Part shown: one piece after another, positions 24,325 through 37,155 of the stretch
How the letters are laid out: each line of letters starts with the position of its first letter
Numbering within the stretch: the first letter of the stretch is position 1
Assembly (NCBI GenBank): GCA_951804945.1
Contig: OX638161.1
Location: 29,450,001 to 29,514,000 of the forward strand
Direction of reading: 5' to 3'
Origin: Podarcis cretensis
Lineage: Eukaryota
DNA: 64,000 bases
Made by a program: the position numbers and the translations under genes
The notes under the pieces: model-generated
Databases searched by the model: none
What the model was told of the DNA's origin: nothing
The model's input: only the letters and a program-made list of their open reading frames with translations

Positions 24325-26017
24325 TGCTGTAAAGATGAATGTATTGCCAAAAATGCTGTTTTTATTTCAAACATTGCAGATTGTGGACAAAACAGAGTGT
24401 TTCCGGAAGTGGCAGAGAGATATTTCCAAATTTGTCTGGCAGGGCAAAAAGCCCAGAATTAAGTTTAAGATATTAACTGATGCGAAAGAAAGAGGGGGCT
24501 TTGCCCTGCCAGACTTAAGGCTGTATTATGAATCAGCAGCTTTCTGCTGGTTAAAAGATTGGCTGCTTCTTGAGAATACTGATGTATTGGATTTGGAAGG
24601 TTTTGATAATGCGTTTGGTTGGCATGCATATTTATGGTATGACAAGGTTAAGATTAATAGGAATTTCAAGAACCATATCGTCAGAAAAGCATTGTTTAAT
24701 GTCTGGACAAAATACAAAGACTTATTGGAAAACAAAACTCCAAGGTGGCTTTCACCATTGGAAGCTAAGGCCTGAAAAAGACTCAATATGGAGGCCAAAT
24801 GGCCGAAATATTGGGAAATATTAGAAAAAGATGGAGACAACTGGAAATTGCAGAGTCAGGAGAAAATGAAAGACAAAGTGCGAGATTGGTTACATTATGC
24901 TCAGATTAAAGAAGTTTTTAAACTTGATAAAAAGCTAGGATTCCAGGTGGAAAAATCGAAGTTAGAAACGGAACTGTTAGAGCCTAAGACTAAGGTACTT
25001 TCAAGAATGTATAACTTGCTGTTAAAATGGAACACACAAGATGAAATGGTTAAATCGGCTATGATAAAGTGGGCACAGGACATTGGGTACAATATTATGT
25101 TTGAGGACTGGGTAAAATTGTGGACTACTGGGCTGAATTTCACTGCATGTAATGCTTTGAAAGAAAATGTAATGAAAATGATATATAGATGGTACATGAC
25201 CCCAGTCAAACTTCCAAAAATATACCACTTGTCTGATAATAAGTGTTGGAAATGTAAGGAAAATGAAGGAACGTTCTTTCACCTTTGGTGGACTTGCCCT
25301 AAAGTGAAGGCTTTCTGGGAAATGATATATAATGAGCTGAAAAAGGTATTTAAGTATACCTTCCTTAAGAAACCAGAGGCCTTCCTTTTGGGTATTGTTG
25401 GCCAAGGGGTACTAAAGAAGGATCGAACATTTTTTATGTATGCAACAACAGCAGCAAGGATACTCGTGGCCAAGCATTGGAAAACTCAAGATCTACCCAC
25501 ATTGGAAGAATGGCAGATGCAACTGATGGACTATATGGAACTGGCCGAGATGACGGGCAGAATCCGAGACCTGGGAGAGGAGACGGTGGAAGAAGATTGG
25601 AGAAAATTTAAGATTTATTTGCAAAAGTATTGTAAATTGTATGAATGTTAAGCAGGATGTTTGATCATAAACAATTGGGCACCATGGAAACAAATGAAGT
25701 GAATTATGAAGATAAGTTAAATTTATGAAAAAACTAAATTTTTAGATAATTATTGGGTTAATCTTAATGCACTGAAGAGGAAATAAACATATCTAAAATT
25801 TAAGATATAACATTGTAAAAAGGGATTTTAAGGTGGGGATAAGGTGAGAAATTGCTGGTTTAATTTTTATAAATTTGGAACGTAGGAGCGGGAGATGTGA
25901 GGAAGTCCAAGGAGGATCAGAAAATATGTTATGACACATGACATTTCTGTATGTTTTATTTTGTTTGTTGTATTTAAAAAATCTTTAATAAAAATTATTA
26001 AAAAATAAAAATAAAAA
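24325..26017 (+). mobile_element. 5'-truncated L1/Tx1-type LINE: ORF2 C-terminal part, 3' UTR and A-rich tail
   Basis: ORFs 24335-24775 and 24788-25651 share one frame, split by a single TGA. GGFALPDLRLYY motif; CCHC knuckle CWKC...FHLWWTC; AATAAA and A-rich end. Confidence 0.92.
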
Positions 26018-28579
26018 TCAAGGCTGAGCCAAGCCTCCCAGATATGTTTAATACTGTGTCCAACCATTTCTCTGTGTGTTTTCACCAGGAAATCCACTGT
26101 TATACTCCTTATGCCTTGTTCCTCCTCATATCCTGGATCGTGTCATTAGGTCTGTCTCATCCCGAGTGGCAAACTCACTCCTTAGCTATCACTACAATGT
26201 TTCAAGGACTTTCCATTATACAAAGAACATTGCTTCTTAAGTTTTGCACTGATATGAGAACCATAGGTCTCTGGAATGACTGTGTGAGCTAAGCTCCAGA
26301 CACTAGAGCACTGTCTTATTACAAAGAGTTGAGGCCATCTGAGGCAAATGGGGGCTGCCCTCAGAGGTCCAGCAATCCATAGATAATTGCTACTGTCACA
26401 AACTCAGCTGGGGGGGGGATGCAGTTTGATAAGTTACAGGTTTTTGTCCAAAATTAAGAGGCTGCAATTATCCCATGTTCTTCACCAGAGTTGACACTGG
26501 GAGGGATTGTGTGTGTGAGAGAGGGAGAGTATGTGTGGGTGCAAGTGAGAAGGGGGGGGGTGGACTTCTCAGACTCTCTTTGCATTAACATGGCTTGCTG
26601 GAGGAGATAAGCACTATAGAAGGCAGCAGGGATCAAGCTCAAATAGGAAGAAGTAATTCTATAATCTGGTATCTGCAACTCGGAATGCTTCCATGAAAAC
26701 TCTTGATATTTCAACTTGTTGCACAGACGATACTCCAAGAAATTATCTCCAAATGACCACAAGGATATGGAATTAATAACTAATCTACTTACTTCGCCAA
26801 ACCTTTATTAGGCATTAGGCCATTATAAAACATCCATATATAAAATTTTAAAATATAAACAAAAAAACAGCCATGTAAAAATATGTAATAATGAGGATTT
26901 TCATTGGAGTTTCTTCCCACTAAATAGTGCCATTCGCCACTCTAAGATATACTATTGATAATAACTAATCATCTCCTGGGGAAATGATTGAAGCCTGGCA
27001 ACATCTAAAAGCAAAGCTGAAAAATAAACCACTGAGGTGGATCCCAAATGGCGCACACAAATCAAGCAAGATGCACATGTAGTTCAGTCCTGATTTCTGT
27101 GGCCACATCTTTGCCTGCTGCACACCTGACATCACTTATGACATCAGGTGTGGGGCAGGTAGACATAGTTTGGGGAAAACAGCCTGGCAGCCCAAATGGG
27201 GAAACCCAACCCTGCTCTAGAACTTCCACAGAAATTAAAAGGAATTAACCATTCCGGACAACTTCATCCCAGCAGATCTCACTTGTATGTGTGGATCCTG
27301 GGTTAATGGGAGGACTCATAGTTTAGTGTGGTGCAGCATATGCTGTGTATGCAAATGGTCCCTTGGGACCACAGAGAGCTGCAGTAGACAATGTTGGGCT
27401 AGTTAGACCAGTGGTCTGTCAGTGTACGGCAGTTGCACATGTGCCATAGACAATGCTACAGTGAAATGGTACTGAAAAAAGGTGGTTATGGGGAAATGAT
27501 TTCCACAAGCAGATTACATTATACCTATTAAATAAATACTACCTTAAAGTTTTGCTTTTGGAATTCCTTGGAGCATCTGGCTGGCAACTGACAGAATACT
27601 GAACCTCAATTCTTATACTACTATGTTTATAGATATCTCTGGCACTTGATGCCAATTTGCTCCTTGCTTCTGGGTACACAAACTGGTTGGTTTACGACTG
27701 TACTCTGTTATCCATCCAGTATGAAATGTACTTGGATGCTCCCACTAATCTGAGTTAAGCTTACTTCCAAGCATGCACAATACTACTTTTGATGTGCTAT
27801 GGGACGGTGGCTTGATCAACTTTGTTCAGTGATGAGTACTGGCACTGATACTCCTTGAAGCTTTCAACAACCAGTATTACAGATAACACTGAAGAAAACA
27901 ATGCAACACCCGAATGCACACTAAGAAGAGGTAACCTCTGATATCTAGGGAGGGGATGCTAGAACTATTCTTCAAGGTTTCAGAAAAATGACAACTACAT
28001 TGGTTTTTTAAAAAGTCCACAGAGAAAATATGGTGTTTTGTAACTGTAGAATATATCTCTTCACATAGTAAGTGAAGTCTATGAGAAACAGTTTGCCAAA
28101 TTCTGAAATACACACAAATACATACATGCACAGAGATATACATTACGTTACACAGAGACGTGTCACACATAGCCCAGACCAGAGTTTAACATACTATTCA
28201 AGGGACAAGGATGCTTGGAGAAAAAGCTGTTAATTTGTAAATATATTTCCTTTACTGTAACATTTCATAAATACTCTGTGAATCTATTTCTTAATTTAAG
28301 AGTTGCCTCTTACTGTAAAGACAACACAACCACTTTGTAGAAGCTTTGAAAATGGGAACACTGCAATCAAATAATAACAAGTATGTTATTGTCCCCCTTT
28401 TCAACCAACAAATAATCTGCATTGGGTTTGTTTAAGTTCAGCTTACTCTACAGTTCCCTGTTACACCCAAAACAGACAACTGTAGTTTAACTCAGTTCAC
28501 TAACCAGGTTTAGGCCCAGTTGTGGCACAGAAAATGCTTTGATCACCCTGTGCGATTATCTATGTTGGAGAGAGATGGG

Positions 28580-29075
28580 GAAAATGTTAATTCTCCTCAA
28601 CCTCCCAGTGGATTTCAATACCATGGTATCCTTCTGGAGCAGCTGTCTGAGTTAGGGGTGAGTGGCACCACTTTGGTTCTGGACCACAATACTTCAAGGA
28701 CTCCCTCTCCTCATATGAACCAACCCAGACCCTGCAATCATCATCTGAGGCCATTCTTCATGTACCTTCTCCACAAGAGGTCTTGAGGGTGGCAACATGA
28801 GAGTGGGCCTTTTCTGTGGTGACTCCCCATTTGTGGAATGCTCTCCCCAGGAAGGCTCACCTGGCGTCTTCATTACATACCTTTAGGTGCTGGACAGAAA
28901 CATTCCTCTTCTCTCAGACCTTTGACTAATTAAACATTATATGGTGTTTTAAACACTGTGGGTGGTTATTGTTGTTTTTTGTTACTATTTTATGTATTCT
29001 TGTGCTTTCATATTGTAAACCTGTAATCCTTGGATGAAGGGTGGTATGGATATTTACTAAATAAATAAATAAAAC
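28580..29075 (+). mobile_element. Degenerate L2-like LINE fragment
   Basis: gggccttttctgtggtg...tggaatgctctcccc signature and (TAAA)n tail; similar remnants near 23480-23870 and 46030-46570. Confidence 0.55.
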
Positions 29076-29191
29076 CATCTTAAACAGCAATTATAAGTTC
29101 CTTGTTAGTAAACTGATATTTAAGCAGTAAAGCTGGCAGCAAGTGGCAATAACATGCACAATAGTAGTTTTGACTAGGATTCATGACTAAC

Positions 29192-29393
29192 CTTTCCTTA
29201 ACCCATTTATACTTCCAGGCTCCATCCCCACATACAGCCTTTCTCCAAACTGTGAACCAACATCCTGGATTCCATCCTGTGGAAGAAGCTCCTTCCTGTC
29301 TCCCACCCGGTCGGGCTCACCTGTCTGGTTCCATCTAGCTTGGCTCACCAAATGGTCATCTGTCATATTGAAATCCTGGTGCTGGTCAGCCAT
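29192..29393 (-). CDS. MAPT: Tau exon 1 coding part (ATG at 29393); ends at 29321 (short form) or 29192 (long form)
   Basis: Acceptor ttttctag| (exon starts at 29410), 17-nt leader, then AAG-ATG-G Kozak context. MADQHQDFNMTDDH resembles MAEPRQEFEVMEDH. Two phase-1 donors: CAG|gtgagc and AAG|gttagt. Confidence 0.9.
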
Positions 29394-29775
29394 CTTGTCA
29401 CAAAGGTTATCTAGAAAATGAATAGTAGTACTGGTTATTGACCATAGCAATAAAGTTTTAGTGTGACTTGAAAAGAAAGAGTAGATTATTGCAGAATGTC
29501 AGTAAAGATTAAAAAGCAAGCCTTCTTCTGTAGCTCCTGCCTCCTTTGCAATACATGTTCATCATCCATCTTACTCCAAAATTGTGACTACCTAAATCCA
29601 TACCAAACAACCAGATCTCTGCAAATATCATTATCACCCTTCGTTGCTACTGGCACCCTTAAGGAAACTTCTGGTCTGTGGACCAAATTTGGCCCACCAA
29701 CTCTCCCCATTTAGCCAATGAAGTAGTTTTCCCCAAACCATACTCACCTGCCTCCCACCTGACATAATAGGCTGT

Positions 29776-29796
29776 ACACACACACACACACACACA
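29776..29796. repeat. (AC)n microsatellite
   Basis: Direct observation. Confidence 0.9.
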
Positions 29797-31219
29797 CCCC
29801 AAAGAGTATCAAAGGTCAGGTTCTTTAGTTTAGTAGATGGTGGGATCAGGCTTCCTTTAGTGCTTTAGAGCAGAAGCTCCTCCAGCCATAAGGTCTTAGC
29901 ATTTCCCTACCACTACCCCCAGTAGTTTTTTTTACATAGTATTCATCCTCCCATGGTGAAGAATGCAGCTGGCTCATTCAGAAATGAGAGAGAATTTCAT
30001 CAACAGCTGTGATGCTGCAGAAGCCTCTGGGTCAGTCTTATTCATAACACATGAGAGGTAAGAAGCAGTACCACATTCTCCCAATCCCAAGAAGACTCAA
30101 TGAGGCCCAAGATCTACCAGTTATCCATCTACAGCATAGATTCTATAAGCTATGCTAGAGGTGATGGGGGATTCCCGATTTCAAGTAAATCCAAAGTGAG
30201 ACATTATTTAGCTTATGACTATGATAGCAAACAATTTTGCAATCTGAAACCTCAGGTAGTGGGAAGAAGAAAAACACCATATTTTTAAAGTAGCTAATAA
30301 CTGTGGCTTAAGTGATCAGCAACAACATATCATTTTGCAGAAACAGAAAATTCTAACTCTAAGCTTCCCTGGTAGCTTTGGGAATGAAGCGTGCATGTTT
30401 TCACAATAAATAAAAATACCACCAATTTTACATGACATGGTATTATTTTGCATGATATGGCATTGTGTTTCACACAAGTTCTAGCTTACCCCCAACATGT
30501 TTTCTATGCATTAGTTTTTCAGATGTGTAAGCAGAGTATCAATCCATTGTTTGCAAACATAAGTGAAAGTCCAGCAACAGATACAGAATTACACCTTCTA
30601 ATTAACAGCATCCTCAAGCCCTAGTTTTTTGCTACTTTGTATGCTGTCTCCTGCAGTGTTGTTTATTATGCAATTAAAAATATGTCCTAAATCAGATACA
30701 AAAATGTTTGGAAGTCAGAGGGTATACTTTCTGGACTCCCTCCAACAAATATTACAAAAGTTTGTATCAGTTTGATATAGAAGAATAAAACTAAATGTGC
30801 ACTTAATTTCACAAGACATTCAAGTTAGATGGGGGTGAGGGGTAGGAATTGCCTGCTTAAAATAAACCACTGTAATGATATATATCATATGATCATGTTG
30901 GCACTCTTCTTGCCGTTCTTAAATGGAATGTCATTGGACACTAATGATAGGAGAAGCAAACAAATTAAAAACAACCATGTATTTCACAGCTATGCAAGAG
31001 GGGAAGTGGTTAAATTTGAAGGCTGAAATTTGAAAAAGGTTTTAAGTTTTCATTTTAAAATCTGAGAATAAAATAAATTCTCTTTAAATTAACTGTTCCA
31101 TTTAACCTTGGTCTAATGCCTTGACTGCAACACCATGCTTTCTCACTGTACTCAGTATGTTAGTTAGCTGGGTAAGAAAGAAAGGAGACATGAAAGTTAC
31201 ACAGGAGACATGAAAGTTA

Positions 31220-32430
31220 CAGAGAATATATGAAAGGCAATTGGTCGACATATAAATTATCTGTTAACAGAATCAGATTATAAATTAAAGATGAAGGAAT
31301 ATAACGATATAAAATCTATGTTAACAGATTGGTTACAATATTTCTAACCAATTGACATATTTAGAAGTGATAAAGAGACGGGCTTTGGGAAGGAATTCTC
31401 AAAGTTCAAAAAGGAATTACTGGATAATAATTAGAAATTGTTATCAAAAATGTACAAGCTCCTGTTGGAATGGGAGATGAAAGACAAAGAGGTAAAGGCA
31501 GTAATAATACACTGGGCACAAGATATAGGATATAACATACCACTTGAATCATGGGGAAAGCTGTGGAAAGAAATTTATGGCATGTAGTTCACTAAAAGAA
31601 AACTATATGAAAATGATGTATAGATGGTATTTAACTCTGGTAAAGCTTACTAAGATGTACAAAAATTCATCTAATATCTGTTGGAAATTTAAAGAATAAG
31701 AAGGTACATGGTGGACATGTAAAAAGGTAAAAAGCTTCTGGGAAATGATATACAATGAAATGGGGGGGGGGGGAATTGTAAACTTTTGTTAGAAAACCAG
31801 AGGTTTTTTGTTAGAAAACCAGAGGAATTTTAGGAGAGGAAGTACCAAAGAAGCAAAAGCGACTGTTCATGAATGCGACCACAGCTGCCAGAATGCTGCT
31901 TGCCCAGAAGTGGAACGATGAGTGTCTACCAACGAAAGAAGAATGGAGGATAAAGATGATGTACTATGCCGAAATGGCAAAATTAACCATGAAGATCAGG
32001 CACCAAGATGAAGGAAAATTTAGTTAAGACTGGAAAAACTTCATAGTTTATTTCAAAGAACATTGCAAGAACGTTGAGACATTAGCAGGATTGTTGTATC
32101 ATTTATGAACTAAAGCAAGAAGCATGATGAGAAATTTAAAGTAAAAATTAAGTGGATAAATAATTAGATGCAATGAAAATAAAAAGGGGAAATTTTGAAA
32201 TTGGGGTGGGGGGAGAGTCGATCAAAGTGACAAAGTGTGTATCTGAAGAAGTGTGCATGCACACAAAAGCTCATACCTAGAACTAACTTAGTTGGTCTTT
32301 AAGGTGCTACTGGAAGGAATTTTTTTATTTTGTCTTGACTATGGCAGACCAACACGGCTACCTATCTGTAACTGATGTTATATATGTAAAACAAATTGTC
32401 ATTATTAAGTAAAATTGAAAATACAGAGTT
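31220..32430 (+). mobile_element. Degraded L1/Tx1-type LINE 3' part, interrupted by a Penelope-like fragment
   Basis: Homologous to 24850-25650 (tatagatggta, ttctgggaaatgatata, WAQDIGYNI); has frameshifts and stops. Confidence 0.85.
32238..32373 (+). mobile_element. Penelope-like element terminal fragment with a mutated minimal hammerhead ribozyme
   Basis: gtat-CTGAAGA-a-gtgtgcatgcacac-AAAA-gc-TC-atac, followed by ttagttggtctttaaggtgctac. Confidence 0.7.
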
Positions 32431-33309
32431 ACAAAGGATAAAGTGCTGTTTCAGTAGAGGAAGCCATGAAGAGTAAAGATGTTCACTTAGTGGCAGGAAA
32501 CATAACCACATTATGATAATCAAATCTGAATGTAACAAGCAGATGAATGACTGTGGGCAGATCCATTTTATCAATGTACACAAGCCAAAGCTGCTGGAAA
32601 GTGCTCCAGGCCACTACTACCATTTGAAAATTCGAGTAATGAGCCAGGAACGCACCCAAACTGAGTACTTGATTCTTCAAGAGAAGTAAAAAAAAATGCT
32701 GCCTAATACAGACCAGACAGAGATTTATGAAATTCCAGAATAGCAGTTTGAATATAAGAAGAACCCTGCTAGATCAGACTGAAGGGCCGTGTAATTCTAC
32801 ATCGTTTTTCACACTGGCCAACCAGATGGCCTGTGGCAAGGGTGGGCAACTCCCAAGAGGCTGTGATCTACCTGCTTTTTGGGGGTTCAGGTCAAAGTTG
32901 TTGAGCATTTTAGGGAGCAGGAGAGCACCATTGGGGGGGGTTGCAGGGCTAAAATGTTGAACTTTTTTAAGGGAGCCAAGGTTGTTGAGCTTCTTTGGGG
33001 GAAGCCAGTGATCTACCACAGACGTCCAGAGTGATGTACCGGTAGATCACAATCTACCTGTTGGACGTGCCTGGCCTATGGGAAGCCCACAAGCAGGAAA
33101 TGAGCACAACAGTACTCTCCCTTCACTCCCAGCACCAGGCAGCCTCAGCACTGCTCCCACAAGGTGTGGGGTGAAAGTCATCCCATCCACACCTTGTGGA
33201 GCAGGGCTGCTTGATGTTGCCGCTGCCTCCTCCTTCACCTGGGTGGCCAGGCTCCTTCTTGCTTCTTTGGCCACTGCAGCAACCTGGATCAAAAGTAGCT
33301 CCCAGACTA

Positions 33310-33403
33310 TGGGAGAGGGAGGTGAAATGGGGAGGGGGGATAAGGATGATATGTTTCTGGATAATATGTTTTGTTTTAATTTTGAATAAAAAGTTATTTT
33401 AAA
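33310..33403 (+). mobile_element. Extremely 5'-truncated non-LTR insertion (L1 3' UTR-like)
   Basis: 19-bp TSD aaaagtagctcccagacta at 33291-33309 and 33404-33422; AATAAA and short A tail. Confidence 0.75.
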
Positions 33404-34111
33404 AAAAGTAGCTCCCAGACTACAACTAAAACTACCCCTCCAAAACTTGGGTTCAAGTTTAGTTGGCCAACCCTCACCTACCTAACCACAGCTTCAGTAC
33501 ACTAATTTCAGGGATAACTGTTATCCTAGTTTTCAGTGATAAAGCACTATCACTCAGTACAAGAGCCAAAGTAGTTGAGACAAAAGCATGAAATTAGCAA
33601 TTACTTGAATGGATTTTTAAGGCAAGATTGCAGATGCAAGGGGCCAATTTCAGTCCCACACCTGCTATTTCATGGTGTGAGAGAGACCCTATTCACCCTA
33701 TAGGCTTTTCTAGTGCAAATAGCAGGCACTGAGGCCACAGCAACAATCTCCTTTCCACACACATAGACACACCTGCTCCCAAATACATTCCACTGTCATG
33801 TTCTCCTGCTGCGTGCTGCCTCTAGCCAGTCCTAGCTATATTCCTGGATGCTGGTGTTAGGGAAATCACCACAGCAGAAGTTAGAAATGCAAGGGTATGA
33901 GTGTGGAGAAAATCAGGTGGCTGTCACAGTAAGCTTGGACTTGCTGGGTTATCTTTGCAAAGGGCAAAGGAAGGTGGTAGGTTTGGCGAGAAGTATGGAG
34001 AAGGGTAAATGGCTTTGAGGAGGATTGGGGGTAAGGTAGAGTTGGCAAGCAAAGGCACAGCACCTAGTACTTAACACATTTCTACACATTTAGCATCACA
34101 TATAGTTTAGC

Positions 34112-34739
34112 ATCAAAAAAACTAAGATCATGGCCACTGGGCCCATCTCCTCCTGGCAAACAGAAGGGGAAGAAATGGAGGCAGTGAGAGATTTTACTTT
34201 CTTGGGTTCCATGATCACTGCAGATGGTGACAGCAGTCACGAAATTAAAAGACTCCTGCTTCTTTGGAGAAAAGTGATGACAAACCTAGACAGCATCTTA
34301 AAAAGCAGAGACCTCACCTTGCCAACAAAGGCCCGTATAGTTTAAGCTATGGTTTTCCGAGTAGTGATGTATGGAAGTGAGAGCTGGACCATAAAGAAGG
34401 TTGATCACTGAAGAATTGATGCTTTTGAATTATGGTGCTGGAGGAGACTCTTGAGAGTCCCATGGACTGCAAGAAGATCAAACCTATCCATTCTTAAGGA
34501 AATCAGCCCTGAGTGCTCACTGGAAGGACAGATCGTGAAGCTGAGGCTCCAATACTTTGGCCACCTCATGAGAAGACTCCCCGGACAGAGGGCAAGATGG
34601 TTGGACAGTGTTCTTGAAGCAACCAACATGAGTTTGACCAAGCTGCAGAAGGCAGCGGAAGACAGGAGTGCATGCAGTGCTCCGGTCCATGCGGTCACGA
34701 AGAGTCAGACACAACTAAACGACTAAACAATAACAACAA
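34112..34739 (+). mobile_element. BovB (RTE) LINE 3' fragment
   Basis: RVPWTARRSNLSILKEISPECSLEG...LQYFGHLMRR and DFTFLGSMITADGDSSHEIKR; (CAA)n-type tail; possible TSD atagttt(a/g)gc. Confidence 0.93.
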
Positions 34740-37155
34740 ATAGTTTGGCCCTCAGATAGTGAAAGTTATACTCACAGAGTGCAATTTCCATTCTAGGACC
34801 TGTGAGTGCAGTTATGCCCGTATGGGCCTTTCCTGGTACCACTGGATCCTCTCCCCTCACTGAAATTAGGCTTCAAATAGAGCAGACTGGAGTGTGTGGT
34901 TATTTTATATACGAACAAGGGAAGCACACTGATAGTTGTACTTTAAGGCCAAATCTGAATTACAAGATAGCAGTTATATTTTGTGTGGGAATGCATACAG
35001 CTCAGAAATATGCTCCTATACATCAACTACTGCCTCCCACCACTGTGTGCTCTGCACATACAAATGAATAATTTAATTGTCTAGCTGATCATCTGTCAAT
35101 CTTCCAGATCACCCTTTATTATAATTAATCACTCAAGACAGTTGTATTACTGGAAATTTATAGAACAAACCACAAAAACACTTAGCGAGGGGGGGAAGCC
35201 TACATAATGCAAGCAACCAGTCATGACGACCAGTCAGCAAGAATTAGATGCTCACAAAACATTTTTGTTACAATGAAGTGAGGACATGCTCCCCCTCTGA
35301 GATATGAATGCTAGAAGAATTCAGTTTTCATAAATTATTATATGAAATATAGTATCTCAGACTACTGTGCGGATCAGAATTCAGCAATCTATTGGATTTT
35401 ACACTTCTCCAAACATTGCAATGCACCTCAGGAATTTAAAAATTATCTCAGAATATATATTTAAATATATACTTTGAGAACACACATAAACATAAATATG
35501 CATTTTGAGAGGATTAATGCAGAAGTAGCATGAAATTATGGGTAAAAACATGCAAACCCCCCCCCCACAAAACCTGACAGATCAGAAACTGTCAGATTTG
35601 TCCATCTCAACTTTCAAGTGCAATGCCTCCAGAAAACAGTTGTTTTCAGACTGGGCCTATTTCACATGTTCACCATGTACTGTATATTTAAAGCACATGA
35701 CTTCCTCCGAAGAATCTTGGGAACTATAGGTTAAACACATTGGCAATTGTAGCTCTGTGAGGTGAATACAGTGTACAAAGCCTTTGAGAACAATCTGCAG
35801 CCTTAGTCAATCATAACCAACTTTAGCCGGATCTGAGCACCTTCTCATAGTTAACCATTATTCCTAGCTCATGTGGCATTATAATAAACATAATATGGTA
35901 GGCTATAATTTTCATGGGACAGTTCTGTGCATATGACAGGCCAAATGTGGATGCAAAATGCTGGTACTCAATAGCACTGAGGAATAATCAGCACTGAACT
36001 AATTTAGTGCTCCCAATTCATTTTTAAAAAACCAAACTACACATGCACTTGCATGCTGTAATTTTATTACAGGCAGTTGGAAGAATTAGAGATGCTCATT
36101 ACACTTTGTGTGAATTGGCATTCTAGCATGAAATGACTTCTTGAGATTCTGAGTTTTCTTTCTTGAACATTAAAAAAATATAATTCTTAGTTTGATATAT
36201 AGTTTGTGAGGCTTCTGCAAACATCATGTGAACTGCCTTACCCCTAACCTACATCTATTTTCCAGAATTGCATTTTTTTAATGGCAGAATAAGGCAATAA
36301 TTGTTCATTTAAGCTATCAACTTGACACACTGATTTAAAGTGCATTGCTTCTGGTTCCCTGGGTCTTCTTTGATTAGGAGCGTTGTCCATTTTATTACAA
36401 ACAACTTAAAAAATCAACATATGGATAGAAAGGGGGTGAAGATATCAGCCAGACTTGTTCTCCCCACCCCCAAAGGTGTGGGACTTTTAATGTATTACCT
36501 GCATTTTGTTACATTGTAAGCCACTTTGAGAACTCAGTTAAAAAAAGCAGGATAGAAACCCACTAAATAAATACTAGAATGCCAATCTAGACTTTAGTTG
36601 GAGCAGAGTCACAGCCATGCTTCTCATAATGCTTATGGCAGCGTATGACTTGAGCCATTCCAGATGATATTGCAATGTTCTGCTCCAAAAGCCTATTGCT
36701 TTTCCCCTTCATTTGCACATTAGTTCCGGCAGGAGGAAGAAACTGCTCTTTGGAAAAGGGATAATTTTGCCTAAAGAAACAAACAAAAACAAAAAACAAA
36801 AAACAAAAAAAACAATCTAAGAAACAGATTGTTCTTGCTATGTTTGTTGGACAGAATTATTGAGAGTATCCCTTTATTACTAAAAGCAACCACATTATAT
36901 TGTCTTTACACATTTAACTTTCTACAGTTGAAGTGATCTGTGAAGACTACAATGGGGCATAGATAACTGATGAAGTGGCCTGGCATGGGAATGAACATTC
37001 TAAAAGCTGTTCTTTGTTTCCCATTAAAGATGGGTCAATACATGTCTCTTGGGATTAATCAGCACTAATTTAGTCCGGTATTAGTTCTAGTTCTGCTCTA
37101 TCCTACAACTCCTTTCTAGTAATGGAAGAGTAGGGACCCGAGAGGCCTCTGTTCA

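Noticed and set aside
24335-25651. Nested antisense protein-coding genes
   Set aside because: These are LINE ORF2 remnants: 5'-truncated, with an in-frame stop and an A-rich tail.
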